Shown: positions 41,918-51,651, counted from the stretch's first letter. The stretch is DNA of 64,000 bases from Flavobacteriales bacterium (GCA_963669295.1 OY769938.1:722792-786791), one strand, 5' to 3'. Numbers and translations are program-made. The notes: generated by a model not told the origin, from the letters alone.

Positions 41918-43266
41918 AACCGAAATTACTACTCCTGCTGCTTTTATTGATTATGCTGGTGATTACCGGCCTGTACTTATTTCCCGAAAAAACTACCCGT
42001 AACTTTTATCTCGGTGGCATCCAGGTAAATGAGGCCGATCAAAACGAATGGGTTTCTACCTTGCACGACATTGGCATGAACACGGTAGAAGTGACTGTAT
42101 ATGCCAAACAAGGCGACTGGGACAGCGATAACTTTTGGTGGGATGAAGAAGATGAAGGCGTGTACAACGAGGTGCGTGCTGCCAAGGCCAAAGGGCTAAA
42201 TGTGGTGTTGATTTTACGCATTGCATTAGACCATGCGTATGAGCGCAATGCTTTTTTGTGGCACGGCATGATTATGCCTACCGACTCGATGTTACCCTCA
42301 TGGCTGTACAAGCATGAACATTTCATTATGAAATGGGCCAAATATGCCGAAGAGCAAGACATTGAAGTGCTTACCATTGGCAGTGAGATGAACGCGCTCA
42401 CAGCGACCTTCCCGATAGATGAAATTCCTGAATTGCCTGCCTTTTACATGAGTGAATTTGGCCAGCAATGGGAGCGAGAGCGCACCATGAAATTCAAAGA
42501 GCAGTTGCAAGAAAAACACTTGTGGGTACGGGGCAACGACAATTACACCGATGTAGATACTTACCTCGAAGCCAAGGCCAATACTTACAATACCTGGGCT
42601 GAACAAACCACCTATGCCGGGTTGAAAGAAAACGACCGCATAGAAAAAATGAATGCGCGTAGGGCCTTGTTACAGCAGGCATGGCTAGACCTGATTAAGA
42701 AAGTAAGGAGCGTATACAAAGGAAAATTAAGCTATGCCTCGAACTTCGACAACTACCATGAAGTAGGCTTCTGGAATGCGTTGGATATGATGGGCATCAA
42801 TGCCTACTTTCAACTGCGCGAAGCGGCTACCCTACCCCTTGCGCCTAAGGAGTTGGAACCGATCATAGAAAAGCGGTGGGCGGCCATTTTTGAAGACATC
42901 CAACAATTCAAAAAAGGAGAATACATCGACCACATGCCATTGCTTTTTACGGAGTTGGGCTATACCTACCGACGCAATTGCACGGTAGAGCCATGGGCCT
43001 CACAAGGGTTTTCGGTGGTAGGGCGCGACGGGCAGGAACAGTTGCTGGTATGGAACGAGCAGCCCAACAACAGGCAGGAGCGTGCGTTGGCCGTAAAAGC
43101 ATTGTACACCATGCTACAGCAACACCCTCAATACCGACTGGATGGCATCTTGTACTGGAAGCTCACCACCCACGACTATTTAATCAAGGAAGAGCCCTTT
43201 GTGTTGCACCTCAGCAGGCAAGCTACCGACAGTTTACAAGACGTATTGTTGGGATTTTTGGAGTAA
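41914..43266 (+). CDS. putative TIM-barrel glycoside hydrolase-like protein (clan GH-A-like), N-terminal TM/signal
   Basis: The GTG start overlaps the yciH stop (GTGA). Candidate catalytic Glu contexts are TIGSEMN and LLFTELGY. The family was not identified with certainty. Confidence 0.4.
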   Translation: MKPKLLLLLLLLIMLVITGLYLFPEKTTRNFYLGGIQVNEADQNEWVSTLHDIGMNTVEVTVYAKQGDWDSDNFWWDEEDEGVYNEVRAAKAKGLNVVLILRIALDHAYERNAFLWHGMIMPTDSMLPSWLYKHEHFIMKWAKYAEEQDIEVLTIGSEMNALTATFPIDEIPELPAFYMSEFGQQWERERTMKFKEQLQEKHLWVRGNDNYTDVDTYLEAKANTYNTWAEQTTYAGLKENDRIEKMNARRALLQQAWLDLIKKVRSVYKGKLSYASNFDNYHEVGFWNALDMMGINAYFQLREAATLPLAPKELEPIIEKRWAAIFEDIQQFKKGEYIDHMPLLFTELGYTYRRNCTVEPWASQGFSVVGRDGQEQLLVWNEQPNNRQERALAVKALYTMLQQHPQYRLDGILYWKLTTHDYLIKEEPFVLHLSRQATDSLQDVLLGFLE

Positions 43267-43407
43267 TTTTTTTGAGCATTTTGACGAGATATTTGTCATT
43301 TGATCTCATTTTGCCCTACGAGATGCACCCTCTCAAAAAAAGCAGTTTTCACCACTTATTTTTCCCTAAAAATCAACAATAATTGAACATTCAACACCGT
43401 ATTAACA

Positions 43408-43891
43408 GGAGTAGGTCAGACTATCTCCTGGAGTAGGTCTAACCTATGCCTGGGGTAAGTCCAACTATTGCACCAGGTAAGTGGAACTATTGAGCTGTAT
43501 AAGTCCAACCATTGAACCGCATAGGCAAAACCATTGGAAGGGGTAAGTCCGACCATTGTATGGAGTAAGTCCAACCATTGTATGGAGTAAGTTGAACTAT
43601 TGTTTGGGGTAGGTGGAACCATTAATGGGAGATGGTTGAACCATTAATGGGAGATGGTCGAACCATTGCACGAGGTAGGTGGAACCATTGCACGAGGTAA
43701 GTCAAACCATTGTATAGGGTAAATCAAACTATTGTTTGGAGTATGTTAAACCATTGATGAGAGATGGTTGAACTATTGCATGAGGTAAGTGGTACCATTG
43801 CATAGAGTAGGTGAAACCATTACAAGGGGTAAGTCGAACCATTGTATGAGGTAAGTAGAACTATAGCTTGGAGTAAGTCACCCCATTGCGA
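43408..43891. repeat. tandem array of 22 imperfect 22-bp direct repeats (consensus GGAGTAAGTnnAACCATTGnAT)
   Basis: Hand-phased: 22 consecutive units of exactly 22 nt with no indels. Conserved blocks GRGTARGT and AACYATTG are separated by short variable positions. The array lies between the stops of two convergent genes. Confidence 0.9.
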
Positions 43892-43924
43892 GCATTACCC
43901 AAAAGGTTTAATCTTACAGCAACC

Positions 43925-45556
43925 CTACTTAAACAACTCCACAATAGGCTGTCCGGTAGTGCCATTAGGGGCAGGAATGTTTAAGAACGCTGCTATGGTA
44001 GGCGCAATGTCGGTAATGTTTACCCGGTCAAAAATGGTTTTTTGCTGTACCCCATAGCCATACCACAACAATGGAATGTGCGTATCGTACGAATAGGCCG
44101 ACCCGTGGGTGGTACCATAGCGGGGGTAGCTGATGTAGCCCGGTTGTAGAATCACCGCCACATCGCCCGATCGTTTTTGGTTGAACCCACGCTGCACCAA
44201 TTGCTCTGGCCCACTGCTAAACTCAGTGCTGTTCAACGAAGTAGCCGACAAGGTACGTGCTACGCCATCCAACCTTACCAAAAAGCTGGCAATGGTTTCT
44301 TGCATGCGGTGCAAGCGTACGCCTTTTTTCGTCAACAACTCATGATTCAAAAATACCTGTAGGTTCGATACGTCTTTCACCCAGTCGCCTTCACCATATA
44401 CCGTATTCAAATAGCCTTTTAATGTATCTACCATCTCCTGCTGGTTGAAATAGCCAGCAGGAATGTTCAACGACTCCAGGTAAGCAGGCACACTCACCGC
44501 ACCATGATCGGCAGTAAGAAACAACAGGTAATTGCCCTGCCCTACTTCTTTATCAAGGTATTCCAATAACCGCTTGATGTCGAGGTTCAAGCGCAAATAA
44601 GTGTCTTGTGTTTCAATGGAGTGTGGGCCGTACATGTGCCCCACCTTATCGGTAGAAGAATAGCTGATAGCCAAAAAGTCGGTATGGTTGTCTTTCCCCA
44701 ACTGCTCGCCTTCTAAGGCTGCTAAAGCAAAGTCGGTAACAATGTTATTGCCCCAGGGCGACACGGTAAACAAGCTGTAATTGCCATTGGCTTCGCGCAA
44801 CTGCTTAAAGCGGTGTGGAAACACTGGCTTTTCTTCGCCTTCAAAAGTACCTTCGTAAGGGTTATCGTCGGGCAGGCTTTCGGTGTATTGCTCAATGGGC
44901 AACAAGGTGGTCCAATTGGTTTTGGCGTACTTCTCTGCCACCTTACTGTGGTTGAATTGATCGACCCACTCCGGCATTTTATCAATGTAATGAGAGCTGG
45001 TAACAAACTTGCCTTCGTTGCCTCCCAAAAACCAATAAGCTCCATTGGCAGTATTGCCTGCTGGCAAAATGGCACTGCGGTCTTTAATCGACAACGACAC
45101 CACTTTAGAACGCATGTTCGAAGCCAGGCGCAACTCGTCGGTAATGGTACTCACCAACATGTTTTTAGGCGACATGCTACCATAAGGACTGGTGGTACCT
45201 ACCGGTTGCACGGTAGTATCGGTAACGCAGTAAATCGATTGCTCGCTGTACTTGTCGTACCATTGGTTCGAAATAATACCATGTACAGCGGGAGTGGTGC
45301 CGGTGTATATAGAAGCATGGCCGGGTGCCGTGTATGTAGGCACGTAGTTGTAATGCGCATCTTTGCAGTTGGTGCCGTTGGCAATCAACCGCTTAAACCC
45401 ACCATCTTCGTACTTGTCCCAGTAACGAGCAATAAAATCGTACCGCATTTGATCAACTACAATACCCACCACCAATTTGGGTTTTCCATTGGCGATTTCC
45501 TGGGCACCTACTGTATAGGCTATGAATAGAAGGGGCAATATAAAAAGCTTGCGCAT
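43925..45556 (-). CDS. alkaline phosphatase / nucleotide pyrophosphatase superfamily enzyme, PafA-like
   Basis: Signal peptide. N-terminal KPKLVVGIVVDQMRYD, nucleophile region PTYTAPGHASIYTG, and metal site LTADHG, as recalled for PafA-type phosphatases of Bacteroidota. Confidence 0.75.
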   Translation of the reverse strand: MRKLFILPLLFIAYTVGAQEIANGKPKLVVGIVVDQMRYDFIARYWDKYEDGGFKRLIANGTNCKDAHYNYVPTYTAPGHASIYTGTTPAVHGIISNQWYDKYSEQSIYCVTDTTVQPVGTTSPYGSMSPKNMLVSTITDELRLASNMRSKVVSLSIKDRSAILPAGNTANGAYWFLGGNEGKFVTSSHYIDKMPEWVDQFNHSKVAEKYAKTNWTTLLPIEQYTESLPDDNPYEGTFEGEEKPVFPHRFKQLREANGNYSLFTVSPWGNNIVTDFALAALEGEQLGKDNHTDFLAISYSSTDKVGHMYGPHSIETQDTYLRLNLDIKRLLEYLDKEVGQGNYLLFLTADHGAVSVPAYLESLNIPAGYFNQQEMVDTLKGYLNTVYGEGDWVKDVSNLQVFLNHELLTKKGVRLHRMQETIASFLVRLDGVARTLSATSLNSTEFSSGPEQLVQRGFNQKRSGDVAVILQPGYISYPRYGTTHGSAYSYDTHIPLLWYGYGVQQKTIFDRVNITDIAPTIAAFLNIPAPNGTTGQPIVELFK

Positions 45557-45918
45557 AATCATTGTGTTTACCACAAAGGAAAAGATTTATTTTGGAACTT
45601 GCTTTATGCGGGTGTTAAGAAGCCTACCTATCGCTTAAAGATGGCTTTATACCTAGCAATAGTTACGCATTTTTACCTACGTAATATTACTCATTTTTCA
45701 ACTCACAACTCAATCGATTTTCAACTTAAAAAGCTTCTTCCTTTTCCTTAAAACTTCACAAATAAACAGCATTAACACCTGCAAACAGGTGCCAGAAGCA
45801 TTCTCAAAAACCCTTCTACATAATATCAACAACGCTTGATTTTATCGGTTTTATACCGTACATTAGTTCGAATAACGACTTAACTCATTCGATTATCGAG
45901 TAAATCCTAACTACTTAC

Positions 45919-47211
45919 ATGCATATGATGATCATCCGCCTTACATTGACTTGTTTCCTGTGCACCATCATGTATGCTGCTTCAGGACAAGGCTTAACCG
46001 ATGCCCAACTCATTGCACAGATCAACCATAACCCACCGCTGCAACAAGGGCAATTAAAAACCACCTTATTGAACCACTCGCCACTCTCAGAGTCAGTTAT
46101 GACGGCTGTAGTAGCACGCGACCCTGCTTTTTCGCCTGGGATATTAAAGGAACTGGTATTGGCCAATTCGCCTATTTCTAATGATGTGGCCATTGCCATA
46201 GGTGCAATGGAACTCCCTGACGGCATCCTCAATGCCATCATTGCTGCACAACCTCCACCAGAGGCGGGCTTTGAACTCACTGGCTCTTACGCCAGGCCCA
46301 ACCAACCCTTATCGTTGGCGAACCTCAGCACTACCGGTGCTGATGTATGGTACTTTTGGGAGTTTTACGACATCGACGAAAATGGTGTACCTACTTTGGT
46401 AGGCACCAGCAACGACTTTGAACCTACATTTTCTTTTACCACTCCCGGCACCAAGGAAGTTTACCTCATGGCCAAACAACATGGCTGGGGTGTAGGGTCG
46501 GGCAAGGAGTTGGTGGTGTACGAAAAAGGCGCCAACAAACACCAGGTATACCGATTGCGCAACAATTTAAACACCATCCTTAAAGCTACACTCAACCTGT
46601 GCACCAATCCAACCCTACTTGCCGATGTATACCAACAAGTTTTACAAACTCCTGAAAACGATTACAACCTCAAATATTCCACCCTGCTCAACAACAACCC
46701 TGGCTTGTTTGGCACCATGAAAAACTCGTTGCAAAACAATGGAGGTGATAAAAACGACCTCGACAACCTCGAGTGCATTATCAACTCGTTTAAGGTGGGC
46801 GAAGAATGGGTATATCCTTCCATCTACATCCCCTACCTTCAAGAAAATGCCATGCCCGACTTCTCCTCGCCCCCATACATTGGCATTAATGTAGAAGATG
46901 GGTTAACAGAGAAATTGCAGGTATTTAAATACGATGGGAGATGGGAAAAGGTACTATTGACTCCTCAACAATATTTGGAAGAAAACATTGTGTTTGTAAC
47001 CGTTAAAGGCAGCGCAGTATGGAAGTTATTCTTAACACGGTGCACCTGCAAAATACCACCTCCACTGGCGCACGAAATAGAACGGAAAGGCTTTCCATGC
47101 AGCCCTGGAACAGCCGGGCCGGTGATTGCGAAATGTGGGCATCTGCTTTTTGGTGCTTGTAGGTTCCAGGGAGGTGCCAGTTGTGAAGATAAGTGTTGGG
47201 TAGGCGGTTAA
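45919..47211 (+). CDS. hypothetical secreted protein with a Cys-rich C-terminal tail
   Basis: Signal peptide. The last 55 or so aa contain 7 Cys (CTCKIPPP...CSPG...KCGHLLFGACRFQGGASCEDKCWVGG). First gene of a tightly packed three-gene set. Confidence 0.5.
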   Translation: MHMMIIRLTLTCFLCTIMYAASGQGLTDAQLIAQINHNPPLQQGQLKTTLLNHSPLSESVMTAVVARDPAFSPGILKELVLANSPISNDVAIAIGAMELPDGILNAIIAAQPPPEAGFELTGSYARPNQPLSLANLSTTGADVWYFWEFYDIDENGVPTLVGTSNDFEPTFSFTTPGTKEVYLMAKQHGWGVGSGKELVVYEKGANKHQVYRLRNNLNTILKATLNLCTNPTLLADVYQQVLQTPENDYNLKYSTLLNNNPGLFGTMKNSLQNNGGDKNDLDNLECIINSFKVGEEWVYPSIYIPYLQENAMPDFSSPPYIGINVEDGLTEKLQVFKYDGRWEKVLLTPQQYLEENIVFVTVKGSAVWKLFLTRCTCKIPPPLAHEIERKGFPCSPGTAGPVIAKCGHLLFGACRFQGGASCEDKCWVGG

Positions 47212-47212
47212 T

Positions 47213-48331
47213 ATGAAAGCAATCATCACCATAATATTCATCGGCTTGCTGAGCCATGCCACTGCCCAATGGCAACTGGTCGATTCTGTATTGTTTCCTT
47301 TTCCTGCATTAAAAGATAGCTCGTTGGCTCACGGAGCCAACATGGAAGGCGATACACTATTGCTCACCAACAGTTACAACAACCATTTCTACCTCTACCC
47401 CAACAAAGACATTGCTCCACTTACCTACCTCCCCACCAACGGAAAAATGAAAAAACAGCAAACCAAAGCAGTCATTAAAGTGGGAGCTCAACTCACCCTC
47501 GTGGGGCTTTGGGGAGGCATTGGCAGTTTTACCTCTGTTGACCTGAATTCGTACAAAGTAAAGCGACGTAAGCTCACCAACAAGAAAAAACCTTTTGGCC
47601 ATAAATATGTCATGAACGAAGGCATGAGCGTACATACTCCTGCCATTTACATTGCCAATAAAAATGTGGTACTGGTACCCATCATCCCCAAACCAGGCAA
47701 ACTCGATCAGTTTTCTTCGCCAGCAGCTTATTTCAACAACGATGGCATTATTGGTGCGTATTCTCCTAAAGGCAAGCTGCAACAACTTATGGGTCAACGC
47801 GACCCCATTTACAAAACAGGCGATAAAGCACGCTATCACCACCTTAACCATTGCTCGTACAGTTACGATGCCCGACAAGAATACCTGTATGTTGGTTCAG
47901 GAGCTTCGCACCTCATTCGGGTGTACGACTGGAACAACAAAGAGGTGGCTGTATTTGGTGAGCCTGGCAATCATTTGGGCGACGTTAAAGCACCAAGGCC
48001 TTATGTTCCAACAGCGGTCATGGGCGTTGACATGGCTGAGGAATACTACACCAAATTCAAACAAGATCCTTCGTACCAATACGTATACCGCGATGCGGAA
48101 AACCAACGCACCTTTCGCACCTACCAACCTGCAGCTACTGGCGAGCACATGGAACACAAGCCCATTTGTTTACAGATTTACGATGCCAGCAACAAGCTGA
48201 TTTACGACGAGGTGCTGGATGTTGATTTTTTCAAGATCATTCAACAAAAAGGCAGCACCTATTGGGTAGATTGCCGCAACAACCAGTTTAAATCGAACTA
48301 CGTTATTTACCAATACCAATTCGCCCCATGA
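47213..48331 (+). CDS. hypothetical secreted protein (possibly beta-propeller)
   Basis: Signal peptide MKAIITIIFIGLLSHATAQ. Starts 1 nt after the upstream stop. No family recognised. Confidence 0.5.
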   Translation: MKAIITIIFIGLLSHATAQWQLVDSVLFPFPALKDSSLAHGANMEGDTLLLTNSYNNHFYLYPNKDIAPLTYLPTNGKMKKQQTKAVIKVGAQLTLVGLWGGIGSFTSVDLNSYKVKRRKLTNKKKPFGHKYVMNEGMSVHTPAIYIANKNVVLVPIIPKPGKLDQFSSPAAYFNNDGIIGAYSPKGKLQQLMGQRDPIYKTGDKARYHHLNHCSYSYDARQEYLYVGSGASHLIRVYDWNNKEVAVFGEPGNHLGDVKAPRPYVPTAVMGVDMAEEYYTKFKQDPSYQYVYRDAENQRTFRTYQPAATGEHMEHKPICLQIYDASNKLIYDEVLDVDFFKIIQQKGSTYWVDCRNNQFKSNYVIYQYQFAP

Positions 48332-48933
48332 GAATTTGTTTTACCATAGCACTGCTGCTTAGCCTGGGCACACTGCATGCCCAACAGTGCAACTACATCG
48401 TTGGCAAAGTAGAAAGCTCGCCTTGTACCCCCCTGCCCGATAGCATCATTGTTCAATTGTGCGATTCGTTGAATCAACCGTTAGGGTGTATCGATACTTG
48501 CAACGCAGAAGGGTATTTTGTAATTGCCACCAACAATACACCTGCCCTGTGTAAGCTGGTAGCCCATAAACCCGGGCATGCCTTTGCCCCCGAAGTGTGT
48601 CACCTCACCACCGAGTTGCTGAACGATCAACACACCTCTCTTACCTTACTCGATTCGTTGCCGTGCGATTCGCTGGAACAGCGCAGCCGATTTTACTCCC
48701 CCACTACTTCGCTTATCGTTACTCCGGTTCCTAATCCCAGCAACGGATGGGTACAACTGCAATTCAACCGGCCGGTAGCCAATGCCGAAGTAAGGGTGTT
48801 TAACACCTCAGGACAGCAGGTGTTGTACACCACGCAACCACACATCGATTTACAACAACAGCCCCATGGCATTTACCTGGTTACCGTACAGGTGGAAGAA
48901 CGGATGATTACCTGTAAAGTGGTGAAACGATAG
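48328..48933 (+). CDS. secreted protein with a T9SS C-terminal sorting domain
   Basis: ATGA overlap with the upstream gene. Signal peptide. C-terminal VTPVPNPSNGWVQLQF...HGIYLVTVQVEERMITCKVVKR resembles a T9SS CTD. Confidence 0.6.
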   Translation: MRICFTIALLLSLGTLHAQQCNYIVGKVESSPCTPLPDSIIVQLCDSLNQPLGCIDTCNAEGYFVIATNNTPALCKLVAHKPGHAFAPEVCHLTTELLNDQHTSLTLLDSLPCDSLEQRSRFYSPTTSLIVTPVPNPSNGWVQLQFNRPVANAEVRVFNTSGQQVLYTTQPHIDLQQQPHGIYLVTVQVEERMITCKVVKR

Positions 48934-49100
48934 CCCGTTCAATCGCTTACAACTACCGTTCAATCATTGAGCACTACCGTACAGTCATTTGCTCCCTTTT
49001 TGCGTAACTACAACGGCTTCTGCACGTACAATTAATTGGTACCATTCGGCAAAAGTAAATGGGATGGCTTCGAAAGGTACCTGGTTTGTACTAAAGTATT

Positions 49101-49150
49101 AACAACCCTCGATCTTGATACAACATGAGAAGATGGAGGGTTGTTTTTTT
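49101..49150 (+). terminator. long imperfect hairpin followed by a T-run (candidate terminator)
   Basis: AACAACCCTCGATCTT...AAGATGGAGGGTTGTT followed by T7, in the gap between convergent genes. Confidence 0.45.
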
Positions 49151-49157
49151 ATGCCCC

Positions 49158-49796
49158 TTATTCCAGATCCAGCAAATCGTTCTCCACAGCAAAACGAATC
49201 ATCTGAGCGGTATTCCTTACTGGCAACTTATCCAGTAAATTACCACGGTGGGTTTTTACGGTATGGGTTGAAATATTCAAGTACCTGGCAATGGCTTTGG
49301 AAGTCATGCCTTTGGCAAGGCATTGCAACACTTCCACTTCGCGGGTAGTAAGATCTACATGCGCCTGGGTGTTTTTCGGCTCACTGATGCCACGCATTAC
49401 TACCTTGGTCACTTCATTGCAATAGTAGTAATCGCCTGCATGGGTTTTTCGAATGGCTTGCTCCAACTCTTCGTGGGTCGATTGTTTCAACACGTACCCC
49501 AACGCACCAATGTTTAATGCCGAACGAATAAAATCTTCCTCAGCATGCATCGACAACATTACAATGGCCATGTTGGGGTATTGTTTTAACAACGGTTCAA
49601 TGAGTTCCAGCCCGCTTACATCGGGCAGGGAAATGTCGAGCACCAACACATCAGCCGGATGCTCTTGCAAAATGGTTAACAATTGCTCTCCGGTTTCTGC
49701 AACCGCGGCTACGTTAAAATCAGAAATGTCTTTGAGCAAGGCCATCAAGCCTTGCGAAAAAATGCGGTGGTCGTCCGCCAGTACAACATTAATCAT
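49158..49796 (-). CDS. NarL/FixJ-type response regulator (REC plus LuxR HTH)
   Basis: REC motifs VVLADDH, VLVLDISLPD and LSMH. LuxR HTH LTTREVEVLQCLAKGMTSKAIARYLNISTHTVKTHRGNLLDKL. Confidence 0.9.
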   Translation of the reverse strand: MINVVLADDHRIFSQGLMALLKDISDFNVAAVAETGEQLLTILQEHPADVLVLDISLPDVSGLELIEPLLKQYPNMAIVMLSMHAEEDFIRSALNIGALGYVLKQSTHEELEQAIRKTHAGDYYYCNEVTKVVMRGISEPKNTQAHVDLTTREVEVLQCLAKGMTSKAIARYLNISTHTVKTHRGNLLDKLPVRNTAQMIRFAVENDLLDLE

Positions 49797-51651
49797 TGGA
49801 TAGTGGTATATAGAGGGTGAATATTACGCCTGATCCTGCGGCAGTGTTTATCTTCATTGTTCCTCCTAGTGAGGCGACTCTACGGTCGATGTTTTTCAGT
49901 CCCAACCCTTTGCCTTGCTCCACCAATTTGGGATTGAACCCTTTGCCATCGTCTTTTATAACCAATTGCAATTGGTTGGCCTTACGGCTAATGCGGATGG
50001 TAAGGGTGTTGGCCTCCGAATGTTTCAGGGCATTGGTAACCATTTCTTGCACCATTCGAAAACAATTGATCTCTACCCGATTGCTCAACCGCTCTTCCAT
50101 GCCAAAGGTTTTGATTACTACCTTGAGCTTTCCGGTGCTGTTGATGGTGTCGGCCAAATCGCGCAGCGCTGGTACCAATCCAAAGTTGAGCAATACCGAC
50201 GATACCATGTCGTTGGAGATTTTCCGAATTTCTTCGATAGCATCGTTGAGCAGTGCCTCGGTGGTTTTGTATTGCACCGATTGCTTTTTGAGCTGATTGC
50301 CCAGGTTGCCCAGGTGAATTTTTACGGTAGACAACAGCCCGCCCATACGGTCGTGCAATTCTTGCGATACCCGCTTGCGCTCGTTTTCCTGCCCTTCCAT
50401 AATGGCGTTGAAGTATTTTTTGTCTTGCTCCAAAATCATGGTATTGATTTTGTTCTGAGCAGCGAGGTGCTGAGCGATTTTGCGTTGGCGGTAGAAGAAA
50501 AAAATCAACCCCAATAATACTAGCAGCGTCCCCCCGCCCAAATAACTATACAACAACTGCTCCCTGCTCCATTCGTTCTCCTGCTTAAGGAGTTGATTGT
50601 CTTGTTCTTTTTTTTCTGTTTGGTACCGAATGTGCAACTCATTGACTTTACTTTTCACAGCCTCATTAAGTACCTGCCCCTTGATGTATTGATACCTCCT
50701 GAAATATTTTAATGCCTTTTCATAATCGTTGAGACTCAAATGATATGCATAGAGGTTTTCGTTTATTTCAATTCTTCGGCTCTGATCGTTCAACACCAAT
50801 GCCAAAGAATCAGCCAATAACAAATAGTTGAGTACTTGTTCATGCGCATTGAGCTCTTTATACAACTCCGCCAAATCGATGCAACAAGGAATTCTGTTTT
50901 TGATGTTATTGGTAAGGATATACTGTTGCTCTGCAGCAGAATAATAGTGCAACGCACTATCCAGTCTACCATAAACATGATGGATCAATCCAACCGCTAA
51001 CAATACATCCGCGCGTCCTTCTACCTTCCCTATTTGAATGTACCACTGGTCGCTTTGAAAATAGCATTCCAAAGCCATATCATCGTTGTACAGATAATAG
51101 TGCGCATTGCCTATGTTATACATCGCATCCGCCATCCAGGCCGTATCATTGGCCAGTACCATTTTATCAAATGCCTGCTCGTAATGCTGCAATGCCAATT
51201 TATATTGCTGCTTAGCTCCAACATCATTCGTATCTCGCTCTAAAAATATTCCTTCATCCAAATAGGTATTGCCAATGTCCATTAAGCAACGGCCAACATC
51301 CACCAGCCAACCATGCCTTTCTCGAATCCGCAGTGCCTCATAAAATGCTTCATGCGCTAACTTCCAATTGCCCATCTTCTTCCAGGCCATTCCTTTTCGT
51401 TGATACCCTGTTGCCAACAATCGCTCATTGCCCAATTGCTCAGCTTTTTTGATAGTAAGGTTGGCATAATACAATGCGGAATCGTTGTTGAACAACCGGT
51501 ATTCAAACGACAATTCCGCATACAAGGAAGCCAGCACCGAGTCGTTTGGGGCTGTACGACTCCATGCCAGCAAGCTGTCTTTTTTGGTAACCGATGCCTC
51601 AGCGACAAGGGCAAACAGCAATAATAGATATAGTAATAAGTACCTATGCAA
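49789..51651 (-). CDS. sensor histidine kinase with an N-terminal TPR-like sensor region (HisKA_3 plus HATPase_c)
   Basis: Signal peptide; about 350 aa of TPR-like repeats; one TM helix (LLVLLGLIFFFY). H-box ERKRVSQELHDRMGG, N-box MVTNALKHS and G-boxes DDGKGF/GLGLKNI. The stop overlaps the response-regulator start by 8 nt. Confidence 0.85.
   Translation of the reverse strand: MHRYLLLYLLLLFALVAEASVTKKDSLLAWSRTAPNDSVLASLYAELSFEYRLFNNDSALYYANLTIKKAEQLGNERLLATGYQRKGMAWKKMGNWKLAHEAFYEALRIRERHGWLVDVGRCLMDIGNTYLDEGIFLERDTNDVGAKQQYKLALQHYEQAFDKMVLANDTAWMADAMYNIGNAHYYLYNDDMALECYFQSDQWYIQIGKVEGRADVLLAVGLIHHVYGRLDSALHYYSAAEQQYILTNNIKNRIPCCIDLAELYKELNAHEQVLNYLLLADSLALVLNDQSRRIEINENLYAYHLSLNDYEKALKYFRRYQYIKGQVLNEAVKSKVNELHIRYQTEKKEQDNQLLKQENEWSREQLLYSYLGGGTLLVLLGLIFFFYRQRKIAQHLAAQNKINTMILEQDKKYFNAIMEGQENERKRVSQELHDRMGGLLSTVKIHLGNLGNQLKKQSVQYKTTEALLNDAIEEIRKISNDMVSSVLLNFGLVPALRDLADTINSTGKLKVVIKTFGMEERLSNRVEINCFRMVQEMVTNALKHSEANTLTIRISRKANQLQLVIKDDGKGFNPKLVEQGKGLGLKNIDRRVASLGGTMKINTAAGSGVIFTLYIPLSND

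Noticed and set aside
43416-43622. 68-aa minus-strand ORF inside the repeat array (QWLDL motif recurring every 22 aa)
   Set aside because: The peptide periodicity is simply three 22-bp DNA units (66 bp). The ORF covers only part of the array and has no start context. It is an artefact of the repeat.
43540-43870. GGTAAGT within each repeat resembles the eukaryotic 5-prime splice-donor consensus
   Set aside because: The surrounding genes are clearly bacterial (operons, overlapping starts and stops, T9SS). The resemblance is treated as coincidence.
43408-43891. CRISPR array interpretation of the 22-bp repeats
   Set aside because: The units abut directly with no unique spacers. The 22-nt period is too short for repeat plus spacer. 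No cas genes are in the window.
44813-45529. 238-aa plus-strand ORF antisense to the PafA-like gene. Similar long antisense ORFs lie at 55632..56381, 49915..50517, 53480..54019, 47357..47878, 63382..63888, 3539..4051 and 6594..7070.
   Set aside because: Each lies entirely inside a gene on the opposite strand that has clear family motifs. Their products are low-complexity or Arg/His/Cys-rich shadow translations with no motifs.
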